Assembly (NCBI GenBank): GCA_038245785.1
Contig: JBBRSB010000001.1
Coordinates: forward strand, 96,001-160,000
Source: Gloeobacterales cyanobacterium
GTDB taxonomy: Bacteria > Cyanobacteriota > Cyanobacteriia > Gloeobacterales > PMM-0068
Length of the DNA: 64,000 bases
Direction of reading: 5' to 3'
Within the stretch, counting starts at the first letter, position 1, and every line of letters starts with the position of its first letter. Below the pieces are notes generated by a model, which searched no databases, was not told the origin of the DNA, and saw nothing but the letters and a program-made list of their open reading frames with translations. The position numbers were made by a program, and so were the translations under genes. Shown here in pieces: positions 10,652 through 19,559 of the stretch.

Positions 10652-10945
10652 ATGAAGCTAGACCGTATTACCAGTAGCCCGAATCGAATGAATGGTCAGC
10701 CCTGCATTCGCGATCTGCGCCTCACGGTTCGTCGGCTACTTGAATTGCTAGCAACTTATCCAGATCGACAAGAATTGTTTCAAGAATTTCCAGAACTGGA
10801 AGAAGAAGATATTCAACAAGCATTAGTTGTTGCCAGCAATAAAAGACTGCGATCATTAGGTTTGGATACAGGAGTGTTTACTGTTCCAGATGACTTTGAT
10901 GCACCCTTGCCTGAAGATATCCTAGATGCATTTGAGGGCAAGTAA
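10652..10945 (+). CDS. DUF433-domain antitoxin with a DUF2281-like C-terminal tail
   Basis: DRITSSPNRMNGQPCIRDLRLTV (DUF433) plus LGLDTGVFTVPDDFDAPLPEDILDAFEG. Confidence 0.8.
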   Translation: MKLDRITSSPNRMNGQPCIRDLRLTVRRLLELLATYPDRQELFQEFPELEEEDIQQALVVASNKRLRSLGLDTGVFTVPDDFDAPLPEDILDAFEGK

Positions 10946-11028
10946 GAATTCTGTTAGATACGTATATATTCTTGGGGCCCAGCGCTAACTTATACCAGTC
11001 CTAATAAGATAAAACAGACCAAATCTCC

Positions 11029-12396
11029 TCAGCGTCCGCCCACAACCACATTAGCAATGCGAATATGAGGACCGCCTACGGCAACAGGAAGCGGGGATTG
11101 GCCGCCCTTGCCACATCCGCCATTGAGCCAAAGCTGGTCAGAACCAATCGCTTCGATATCTTTGAGGGATTGGAATACATTTCCGGTCAGGTTTACATCG
11201 CTTATAGGTTCGGCGATTTTGCCGTTGCGGATCATATAGCCTTCCGCTGCCGCAAAGGTAAACATCTCGCCATTCGTTTGACCGCCCAACATCCGTACGG
11301 CGTAGATGCCTTCTTCGATATCGCGGATCATGTCGTCAAAGGATTGGTCTCCGCCAAGGATGCCAGTGTTTGTCATCCGCACAATCGGAGGATGAGTCGC
11401 TCCCATAGCGCGGGCATTACCCGTGGGCTTTTCATTCAACTTGCCAGCGGTTTCTCGATTGTGAAGCCGTTGAGTGAGGATGCCATCTTTAATCAGGTAC
11501 TTGCATTGAGCAGGAACCCCTTCATCGTCATAGACCAAGCTACCGGGCAGATTAGGAATCGTAGCGTCATCCACCACCGTCAAACTGGGATGGGCAATCG
11601 GTTCGCCCAGGACCAACAGTTCTTGCATCCGGGGATTTTCATAGACAAAATCAGCTTCTGAAAGATGACCAAAAGCCTCATGCATGAATACGCCTGCCAG
11701 ATAAGGGTCGAGCACGACCGTGTACTGTCCACCTTTCACGGGTTTGGCCTCTAGCTGTCCCAAAGCTCGTTTCGCCGCCCCATGAACCTGCTCTTCCAAG
11801 CCTTCTAAAACATTGAAATCAGTACGGGAATGAACTGATTCAAACCCTTGTCGGACCGTAGCACCGTCTCGTACTACTACGCCAAACCGTCCAGACACAT
11901 CTAGACGCTCCTGTTCCAAAGCCGTCCCGATCGAATTGACAAAATAGGTGGTACGAAAACGGTCAGAGATGCCCACCATCGTCGTTTGGATGCGTGGGTC
12001 TAGCTGGAGCAGTAAATCGTTGTACTTCTGGGCTAAAGCTCGTTTTTCAACTAGGGAAACTCCCCTGGGATCTCGGCCCAAAGCTACCCGCACCGTATCT
12101 TCCACGGGGTCTACGGCAGCCAAATGAGTCTGCTCATGGCCCACCAGTTTTGCCTGGGCAATCGCCTCCGCCACTCGGTTCTCTAGACCTTCCAAGCTAT
12201 TGAATGTAACGAAACTCCAGCCACCTTTATGACAGGCCCGTATTCCTCCAGCTAGAGAGAAATTCCGGTCCACCGAATCCAAGAGTGCGCCGCGAAAGCC
12301 GAGACTGGTAGACTCACTCTTCTCGAGCCGGATTTCCAAGTAGTCCACTTGATCGCGGTAGGGTTTGAGTGCATCAAGGAGCCGTTGTTTCATCAC
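11029..12396 (-). CDS. tldD: TldD/PmbA-family metalloprotease (TldD-like)
   Basis: HEAFGHLSEAD zinc motif, YDDEGVP, RMTNT, CGKGGQ..PV..GGPH. Confidence 0.9.
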   Translation of the reverse strand: MMKQRLLDALKPYRDQVDYLEIRLEKSESTSLGFRGALLDSVDRNFSLAGGIRACHKGGWSFVTFNSLEGLENRVAEAIAQAKLVGHEQTHLAAVDPVEDTVRVALGRDPRGVSLVEKRALAQKYNDLLLQLDPRIQTTMVGISDRFRTTYFVNSIGTALEQERLDVSGRFGVVVRDGATVRQGFESVHSRTDFNVLEGLEEQVHGAAKRALGQLEAKPVKGGQYTVVLDPYLAGVFMHEAFGHLSEADFVYENPRMQELLVLGEPIAHPSLTVVDDATIPNLPGSLVYDDEGVPAQCKYLIKDGILTQRLHNRETAGKLNEKPTGNARAMGATHPPIVRMTNTGILGGDQSFDDMIRDIEEGIYAVRMLGGQTNGEMFTFAAAEGYMIRNGKIAEPISDVNLTGNVFQSLKDIEAIGSDQLWLNGGCGKGGQSPLPVAVGGPHIRIANVVVGGR

Positions 12397-12526
12397 ATTT
12401 GCCTAGCTAATACCGGGTCTTTTCATCATACTCGGGCACCCATTACCCATTGATATTCACAGACGACAAGTCGTTTGCATACTGTCAAAAATTGCTCAAA
12501 AAGGATGTTTCTCCCCCAAACTTGGC

Positions 12527-12621
12527 AGGGCTGATTCATTCTTCGAAAGGAGGCATAGGGGATCAGGCCTCTAGACATACCCCTCAGTCCCGTAAGGGAC
12601 TGAGGGGTATGAAACAGCTCT
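12527..12621. mobile_element. MITE-like element with imperfect 13-bp terminal inverted repeats and an internal 16-bp hairpin
   Basis: agggctgattcat ... atgaaacagctct (11/13 complementary); internal stem catacccctcagtccc-GTAA-gggactgaggggtatg (12576-12611). Confidence 0.45.
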
Positions 12622-12638
12622 TGGGGCCAGGGGGACTT

Positions 12639-12674
12639 AAAAAAGGGTACGGATACATGACGTATCCGTACCCT
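12639..12674 (-). terminator. Intrinsic terminator of the 12704-13273 gene
   Basis: 13-bp perfect stem agggtacggatac/gtatccgtaccct followed by a U-run on the - strand, 30 nt after the stop. Confidence 0.75.
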
Positions 12675-12703
12675 CCATAACCTGTGAACTTTTATTTAGA
12701 AAC

Positions 12704-13273
12704 TTACGAGCCGAGCTTAGCCACGAACTTCGCTAGAGCCGCTTTATTTGCTTTGAGCAGAGCATTATTCTGCACAGCCTTGCTTCCTTCTGCGAGGGGA
12801 GCGGGTGTACCCAGGTCAATTCCTAGTTTTTCCGCAGCACTCTTGAGGACTGCCCGATTCTGCAAAAGCGTGGCTTGATTCTGATCCACTACCGTTCCTT
12901 CCGTTGAGGGAGGGGTATCAATAGGAGTAGTCCCAGCCTTGGCGGCAATTGCTTTGAAGGTGAGCTGGTTCTTTAAAAAGAGAATGCGATTCTTTTCAGC
13001 TGGAGTACTCTTTCCTTCGAAAGAGGCGATTAGGCTCTTTTCAGCCTCCGTACCAAAATTTGCGTCACCGCCCATCTTGGCTAAAATCTTGAGCGCTGTT
13101 TCTCTATTTTCTTGGACAAGCTTGCCATTTTCTAGAAGGATGGCTTCATCGCCAGCACTAGCACTCTCAGCCATGGCAGGAAGCTGCACGAAGCTAGGAA
13201 CAAAGGCAAATCCTGTGCTCAGAATTCCTGCAGCTACCAAACTCATGCTGATCTGTAAGATTGAACGATTCAT
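12704..13273 (-). CDS. Exported hypothetical protein with four helical repeats
   Basis: Signal peptide ending AMA-E; AAGGAG RBS; four N-x6-N...K-x-G repeats. Confidence 0.75.
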   Translation of the reverse strand: MNRSILQISMSLVAAGILSTGFAFVPSFVQLPAMAESASAGDEAILLENGKLVQENRETALKILAKMGGDANFGTEAEKSLIASFEGKSTPAEKNRILFLKNQLTFKAIAAKAGTTPIDTPPSTEGTVVDQNQATLLQNRAVLKSAAEKLGIDLGTPAPLAEGSKAVQNNALLKANKAALAKFVAKLGS

Positions 13274-13638
13274 CAGTAAACTCCTTAGACCTATCTGTTG
13301 AAAAATGAAAACGATTGCCCTTCCGTAGAGGACTACTCAAAATTGCATGGCGTATATATAAATTTTTGTGTAATTCGACACCAAATACCCACATTCATGC
13401 AGATATTGCATGAAACTGATACGCACTCAGCTCAGCTTATGAATGCACTATCAGGATTCCTCATGCTTCATGCGAAGAGAATACTAGAACGCTGTCCGTA
13501 CTGCTTCTAGGAGCGTTGTGCACAATGTGAACCTTGACATAAAGACTATAGAGTACAGATAATCAAGGACTGTTCAATTTGCTCGGACCAGGGATAAGCG
13601 GGTTTTCCCCTCCTGTACGGCGTTAGATGAAGGTAATT

Positions 13639-14037
13639 ATGGGTTACGCAATTATTGAATCCGGTGGTCGGCAGTTACGGGTGGAAGTCGGTCGTTTCTA
13701 TGACTTAGATCTCCTTTATAGTTCTGCTGATGAAGATAGAGTTTTGCTAGAAGAAGGGGCCGATTTGAGCTTCGACCGTGTACTTATGGTACGCGCTGAT
13801 GAAGAGAACCTGACCGTGGGGCAGCCTTATGTAGAAGGTGCCGTAGTCAAAGGTAAGGTCCTTCGCCACGGGAAAGCCCGCAAAATAATCATCTACAAGA
13901 TGCGTCCGAAGAAAGGCTATCGTCGTAAGAAAGGACACCGTCAGCAATATAGTCGCTTCATGGTGGAATCTATCGAAATCAAAGGGCAGGCTATTGCCGC
14001 TCCTGCAGAAGCAGCCCCGGCTAGAGAAGCAGCTTAA
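13639..14037 (+). CDS. rplU: 50S ribosomal protein L21
   Basis: YAIIESGGRQLRV, GQPYVEGA, RRKKGHRQQYS. Confidence 0.97.
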   Translation: MGYAIIESGGRQLRVEVGRFYDLDLLYSSADEDRVLLEEGADLSFDRVLMVRADEENLTVGQPYVEGAVVKGKVLRHGKARKIIIYKMRPKKGYRRKKGHRQQYSRFMVESIEIKGQAIAAPAEAAPAREAA

Positions 14038-14073
14038 ATTCAGTCCATATTCAGTCAGTAAGGGAAAGAAGTC

Positions 14074-14343
14074 ATGGCACATAAAAAAGGTACAGGCTCT
14101 ACGCGGAACGGTCGGGATTCCAATGCTCAACGCTTGGGCGTCAAGCGCTACGGCGGTCAGGTTGTTCGCGCCGGAAATATCTTGGTTCGTCAACGGGGCA
14201 CCCACTTCCATCCTGGCAACAATGTGGGCCGGGGCTCTGATGACACCCTGTTCGCTTTGATCGATGGCGAAGTCATCTTCGAGCGCTTAGGCAAGAGCCG
14301 TCAGAAAATCAGCGTCTACGCCAAGGCTGCTGTATCTGCTTAA
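14074..14343 (+). CDS. rpmA: 50S ribosomal protein L27
   Basis: [24 protein letters not shown]. Confidence 0.99.
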   Translation: MAHKKGTGSTRNGRDSNAQRLGVKRYGGQVVRAGNILVRQRGTHFHPGNNVGRGSDDTLFALIDGEVIFERLGKSRQKISVYAKAAVSA

Positions 14344-14434
14344 TTTTGGGGGCAGGCCTTTCCGGATCGGATGATGCAGGCAAGTTCTATACCCCTGTAT
14401 CATAGGAAAGGCTTGCCCTAATTTGTATTAATTC

Positions 14435-15481
14435 ATGCCCCGTGCCAAACTCAGCGATGCCGAACGCCAAGAACTAATTCGGCTTTACCAAACTACAGAT
14501 GCCACGGCGATTACCCTGGCAGAAAAATTTGATATCAGTGTGAGCACGGCTACTCGGATGCTCAAGGCAAACCTCCCCGAAGCGGAGTATCAAGAGCTCT
14601 CTAAGGGAAAGCGGAAAAGAGGGGTGGAAACGCGAGGGACTTCGACGGTAACTGTCGAGGCGACACCTGAAGCTCCTTCCGAGCCTATTGAGGCAATGAC
14701 GGCTGAAGTCGTGGGGTCCGAAGTGGCTACAGATGAAGTCATAGTATCCGAGGATCTGGCGGCTGAGCCGATAGCTGCTGAAGTGCCCGAAGTCGCCACA
14801 GAACCATTGGTCACGCCCACTCGCTCTAAGCGACCTCCCCGCATTTCGCGAGCAAGGGCTGCTGCCAACGCTGCCGCAGAAAAGGCTGCTGCCGAAAAAG
14901 CTGAATTGCTTGATTCCATCCCTGTCTTTACAGAAGGACGTGATCCTCAACCAGAAATTTCGGCCCTGGAATATTTTGATCAAGGTAGCGACACTCAGGA
15001 GCAGGGAGATCTAGATGCTTCGCCCGTGGATGTGCAAACTTTTGAAGACCTAGAACTGCCGCGCATCTGCTATATCGTGGTGGACCGTGCATCAGAATTG
15101 GTCGCTCGTCCCTTACGGGATTTCCGACAATTGGGCACCATGTCTGCTCTTGATGCAGACGCACTAGCGATTCCTGTGTTTGATAATCATCGCTGGGCCC
15201 GTAAGTTTTCCAATCGTTTCCAACGTATTCTGAAAGTCCCTTCCTATCTTCTCGATATCACGCGGCACTATCTGGTGGACCGAGGTATTACCAGAGCAAT
15301 CATGGGCAAAAAAGTCTACTCTTTGGAGCGAGAAGGAGTCTCTGGAGACCAAGTTATGACCATGGTTTCGGACGAGGAAGAATTGCTCTACACAACGGCT
15401 AGCTTTGGCGATCTTGATGACTTCAACGAGTCTGATGATTCTAATGATAATGATGACGATGCTTCCTTTGAGGACGAGTAG
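14435..15481 (+). CDS. Conserved cyanobacterial hypothetical protein with N-terminal HTH, low-complexity linker and acidic tail
   Basis: [34 protein letters not shown]...[13 protein letters not shown] domain. Confidence 0.75.
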   Translation: MPRAKLSDAERQELIRLYQTTDATAITLAEKFDISVSTATRMLKANLPEAEYQELSKGKRKRGVETRGTSTVTVEATPEAPSEPIEAMTAEVVGSEVATDEVIVSEDLAAEPIAAEVPEVATEPLVTPTRSKRPPRISRARAAANAAAEKAAAEKAELLDSIPVFTEGRDPQPEISALEYFDQGSDTQEQGDLDASPVDVQTFEDLELPRICYIVVDRASELVARPLRDFRQLGTMSALDADALAIPVFDNHRWARKFSNRFQRILKVPSYLLDITRHYLVDRGITRAIMGKKVYSLEREGVSGDQVMTMVSDEEELLYTTASFGDLDDFNESDDSNDNDDDASFEDE

Positions 15482-15483
15482 CG

Positions 15484-16296
15484 ATGGTTGCAACCCAGTC
15501 TGCCCTTGATACCCTCGTAATCGCAGGCCGCACTTTTTCTTCCCGCCTGTTCACGGGGACCGGAAAATATCGCAACTTTGAGGAAATGAACCAAGCGCTT
15601 TCTCAGAGTGGCTGTGAAGTGATCACAGTCGCGGTAAGAAGAGCTGAAATGGGCGCTGCTGGCCATGTGGGATTGACCAAAGCGATCGATTGGACTCAGT
15701 ACTGGATGCTGCCGAATACCGCTGGTTGTGCCGATGCAGAAGATGCAGTACGGGTGGCCTTGCTCGGTCGAGAAATGGCCAAGATTCTGGGCCAAGAGGA
15801 CAATAATTGGGTCAAATTGGAAGTCATCCGCGACCCCAAAACCTTGCTGCCGGACCCGATCGGCACCTATGAAGCAGCAAAAATACTGGTTGCCAAGGGT
15901 TTTGCGGTTTTACCCTATATCAATGCTGACCCAGAACTGGCCCGTCATCTTTGGGAAATCGGCTGTGTGACGGTCATGCCCTTGGGCTCTCCGATTGGTT
16001 CGGGACAGGGCATCAAAAACATAGAGAATATTCAAATTATCATCGAGCGCTCACCCGTTCCTGTAGTGGTGGATGCTGGGATTGGAGTGCCTTCTGAAGC
16101 GGCCCAGGCTATGGAAATGGGAGCCAGTGCCCTCTTGATCAATACTGCTATCGCTCAGGCCAGTGACCCTGGAATGATGGGAAAAGCGATGGGGCAGGCT
16201 ACCCAGGCAGGACGCTTGGCCTATTTGGCGGGCAGAATTCCTAAACGAACAGAAGCCGCCGCCAGTTCGCCACTCGTTGGACGGATTACTCCATGA
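15484..16296 (+). CDS. thiG: Thiazole synthase
   Basis: [46 protein letters not shown]. Confidence 0.97.
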   Translation: MVATQSALDTLVIAGRTFSSRLFTGTGKYRNFEEMNQALSQSGCEVITVAVRRAEMGAAGHVGLTKAIDWTQYWMLPNTAGCADAEDAVRVALLGREMAKILGQEDNNWVKLEVIRDPKTLLPDPIGTYEAAKILVAKGFAVLPYINADPELARHLWEIGCVTVMPLGSPIGSGQGIKNIENIQIIIERSPVPVVVDAGIGVPSEAAQAMEMGASALLINTAIAQASDPGMMGKAMGQATQAGRLAYLAGRIPKRTEAAASSPLVGRITP

Positions 16297-16991
16297 AGAT
16301 AGGGATTGTTGTTTTTCCCGGAACGAACCGAGAACGAGATGTGGCCCAGGTGACAGAGGGTTTACTTGGCTGCCCTACACGCTTTCTGTGGCATCAGGAC
16401 ACGGATCTAGCGGACAGTGATGTGGTGATTCTGCCTGGTGGTTTTAGCTACGGCGATTACTTGCGGTGCGGGGCCGTGGCGCGTTTTTCCCCGATCATGC
16501 AGGCGGTGCGTCAGCATGCGGAGCGCGGCGGCTATGTGCTTGGGATTTGTAATGGCTTCCAAGTATTGACAGAATCAGGACTCTTGCCAGGAGCCTTGGT
16601 GCGCAATCGGGACTTGAAGTTTATCTGTGACTGGGTGCACCTGCGGGTAGAAAACACGGATGCTCTATGGACTCGTGCCTATAGCAACGGCCAAGTTATT
16701 CGGGTGCCGGTGGCCCATGGGGAAGGTTGCTATTATGCAGACCCCGATACGATCCAGCGTTTAGAAGATAACCAGCAAGTAGTTGTCCGCTATTCCGATG
16801 CTCACGGGGAGTGCTCGGAGGCAGCTAATATCAATGGCTCTTTGAACCATATTGCCGGAATTCGTAATGAGCGAGGCAATGTGGTAGGCCTCATGCCCCA
16901 CCTTGAAAATGCTTGTGACCCAGCATTGGGAAACACGGACGGCCTCAAATTCTTCGAAGGCATGGCCGCTGAAGTACTGGCTCTTATCTAG
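16293..16991 (+). CDS. purQ: Phosphoribosylformylglycinamidine synthase subunit PurQ
   Basis: [31 protein letters not shown]. Confidence 0.97.
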   Translation: MKIGIVVFPGTNRERDVAQVTEGLLGCPTRFLWHQDTDLADSDVVILPGGFSYGDYLRCGAVARFSPIMQAVRQHAERGGYVLGICNGFQVLTESGLLPGALVRNRDLKFICDWVHLRVENTDALWTRAYSNGQVIRVPVAHGEGCYYADPDTIQRLEDNQQVVVRYSDAHGECSEAANINGSLNHIAGIRNERGNVVGLMPHLENACDPALGNTDGLKFFEGMAAEVLALI

Positions 16992-17010
16992 TTAGCTATT
17001 AGACAAACAA

Positions 17011-17032
17011 AAAAGCTCCTTAGGGAGCTTTT
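17011..17032. terminator. Bidirectional terminator between purQ and the RRM gene
   Basis: aaaagctcc-ttag-ggagctttt between convergent genes. Confidence 0.7.
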
Positions 17033-17050
17033 CAATGTTCTATTCAATTT

Positions 17051-17359
17051 TTAGTAACGAGGACGCTGTTCACGCCGTCCGCCACCACCGCTACCACCAC
17101 CGCTGCGTTGCTCGCGGGGCTGCGCTTTGTTAATACGAAGCTGCCTACCGTCAAATTCAACACCGTCAAATTCCTGAATAGCAGCGTCTTCCTGCTTATC
17201 ATCCTCTAGTTCTACAAAAGCAAAACCTCTGGGACGACCAGATTCACGGTCAGTGGGGATACTTATAGACTTTACAGGTCCTATCTCCTCGAACATCTCG
17301 CGGATATCGGACTCACGGGCACGAAAGGGAAGATTCCCTACAAAAAGGGTCATGGTCAA
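17051..17359 (-). CDS. RRM RNA-binding protein (cyanobacterial Rbp, Gly-rich tail)
   Basis: RNP2 LFVGNL, RNP1 RGFAFVEL, GGGSGGGG tail. Confidence 0.93.
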   Translation of the reverse strand: MTMTLFVGNLPFRARESDIREMFEEIGPVKSISIPTDRESGRPRGFAFVELEDDKQEDAAIQEFDGVEFDGRQLRINKAQPREQRSGGGSGGGGRREQRPRY

Positions 17360-17602
17360 CTAGCCTACTATGGTCTCGTTTATTCTAGACCAGATCTTTT
17401 CAAAATTAGCGAGTTTTGTTCTGGTTATTTTAGATTTCTTGCTAGAAGACCTTTCATTTCAAGAGTGATTTTTATTGGCTTTAAATTATCTCCTTACACC
17501 TTAGAAATGTATCCGGTGACACGAATTCGCGGTTGCTCTGATATTCCTGCAAGAAGATAAATATCCCTCCTGCAGAGCTTTTCGGGCAGTAGAAAACGCA
17601 CA

Positions 17603-18166
17603 TTACAAAGATGGAAATTCTGTCTTTAATGCAGCCAGCAATGTAGTAATTTGGTCTTGATTGATACGATAGATCAGATAGTTTCCCCGACGGCGTGGAG
17701 CACTGGCAGGTAGGGGTTGCCCCGCTTCGATACAGAAATCTTCAAAAAACGTTCGCAATTCCAATGCCACATAGCAATCTTTTCCCTCTTGAGCTTCCAC
17801 CGCTTGACTATTTTCTAGGGCTCCATAGAGGGCGCGGGCCTGTTTACCCTGTAGAAAGTCGTATTCCTGGATGGCAATCGCCTGCATAAGGTAGCGCGCT
17901 TGACCGTAGGGCAGCTTAAGCCTACGGACTAAGGTTTTAACCTGGGGCATTTCCTGGGGAAGAACAGAGCGATAGAGGTCTACTACCCGTTTGCGGGTCC
18001 ATTCAGAGATAGAAAGGGGGCGCTCTTCTCCTCGAATCCAGGCGCAGTATTCCTGGACAGCCAGCGCCAAGAGGTGTTCCATCTGGTCCGGCGTGGGGTT
18101 CGGCTTGCCCGTGAGACTGACCAAGGCATCTTCTAAATCTTTGTGGAGGGGAGCAGAAAGTTTCAT
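17603..18166 (-). CDS. Hypothetical protein
   Basis: 187 aa ATG ORF filling the gap between rbp and psaE; no family recognised. Confidence 0.6.
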   Translation of the reverse strand: MKLSAPLHKDLEDALVSLTGKPNPTPDQMEHLLALAVQEYCAWIRGEERPLSISEWTRKRVVDLYRSVLPQEMPQVKTLVRRLKLPYGQARYLMQAIAIQEYDFLQGKQARALYGALENSQAVEAQEGKDCYVALELRTFFEDFCIEAGQPLPASAPRRRGNYLIYRINQDQITTLLAALKTEFPSL

Positions 18167-18393
18167 GGCTGGAGGCAGAGCGCAACAGAAAAGTTATAAC
18201 CCCTTTCTCCAAGAAACACTACCCATAGAGTTAAATCTGCATTAACTACTATCTGTAGGGAGTGTTGAGAACCTGTAAGGAGGTCATCTATACGGATTGG
18301 CGCAGCGGTCCATGTATTGCAAAATGTGTACGAGTCTGACGAGGATAAAGAGGCGATGATAATTTCTTAGATAGTCTTCATGTTAAGAAAACT

Positions 18394-18588
18394 ATGGCTC
18401 TTGAGAAAAATGCTAAAGTGCGCGTCCTACGTAAAGAATCTTATTGGTTCAATGATGTGGGCACCGTCGTCTCTATTGACCAGAAGACGACTTCTATCTA
18501 CCCAGTTACGGTACGTTTTGAGCGGGTTAATTACTCCAACCTCAACACCAACAACTTTGGCGTGGAAGAACTTGAAACGGTCCGTTAG
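18394..18588 (+). CDS. psaE: Photosystem I reaction centre subunit IV
   Basis: [22 protein letters not shown]...[12 protein letters not shown]...TNNF. Confidence 0.97.
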   Translation: MALEKNAKVRVLRKESYWFNDVGTVVSIDQKTTSIYPVTVRFERVNYSNLNTNNFGVEELETVR

Positions 18589-19421
18589 TGCCTGAACTTC
18601 CAGAGGTTGAAACGGTCCGGCGGGGATTAATCACTTCTCTGGTAGGCCAAAAGGTTACTGCGGTTGAAGTGCTTCGGCCGCAATCTATTGGCTCCCCTAC
18701 CCCCGTAGATTTTGTGAAAAATTTGCTGGGGCATGTTTTCTTAGATGTGTCGCGCAGAGGCAAGTATCTCCTGATTCATCTGGACCAGGGGGCGCATTTG
18801 GGAATTCATCTGAGAATGTCTGGTCGCTTGTTGGTGACTGCAGCAGACCAGCCTCTGGGTCCCCATGTGCGGGTGCGGATCTTGCTGGAACAGAATAGGG
18901 AACTGCGTTTTGAAGACATGAGGGTATTTGGACGGCTTTGGTATGTGCCCCAAGGGAAAGCTATAGAATCTGTGATCACGGGGCTGCAGCATTTAGGACC
19001 AGAGCCTTTGGCCAATTTTTCTGGCAAAGACTTGGAGATTCGTCTCAAAAAACGGACCCAGCCAATCAAGACTGTCCTCCTAGACCAAAGAGTCGTGGCG
19101 GGGATTGGCAATATCTATGCCGATGAGTCGCTTTTTGGGGCCAAGATTAATCCGCTGAAACCCGCTCAGTCTCTAACTATAGAAGAACTTGACACCCTGG
19201 CCACCGTGATCCAATCAACCCTAAATCGCGCCATAGAGCTGGGCGGTTCTACGTTGAGGGACTACACCGATAGTCGTGGCGTAAACGGAAACTATCAAGA
19301 AGAAGCTTGGGTCTATGCTCGTAAAGGAGCTCCCTGCCGCACCTGTGGAACCCTGGTGGAAAGAATACGTCTTGCAGGGCGTTCTACCCACTTCTGCCCC
19401 TACTGCCAGCCTCTGAACTAG
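18588..19421 (+). CDS. mutM: Formamidopyrimidine-DNA glycosylase
   Basis: MPELPEVET, HLRMSG, GIGNIYADE, C-terminal zinc finger CRTC...FCPYCQ. Confidence 0.98.
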   Translation: MPELPEVETVRRGLITSLVGQKVTAVEVLRPQSIGSPTPVDFVKNLLGHVFLDVSRRGKYLLIHLDQGAHLGIHLRMSGRLLVTAADQPLGPHVRVRILLEQNRELRFEDMRVFGRLWYVPQGKAIESVITGLQHLGPEPLANFSGKDLEIRLKKRTQPIKTVLLDQRVVAGIGNIYADESLFGAKINPLKPAQSLTIEELDTLATVIQSTLNRAIELGGSTLRDYTDSRGVNGNYQEEAWVYARKGAPCRTCGTLVERIRLAGRSTHFCPYCQPLN

Positions 19422-19559
19422 GGTGTAGAATACGCTTAATGAGCCGCTCCTGCCTGTTTAAAAGTATGCATCTCCAAAAGAAGTACAATCCCCCCTGTCT
19501 CAGCACGGGCGCGCCTTCGCCTTTCTATCTGCACGCAAGCTTAGAGGTTGTACAGATCC

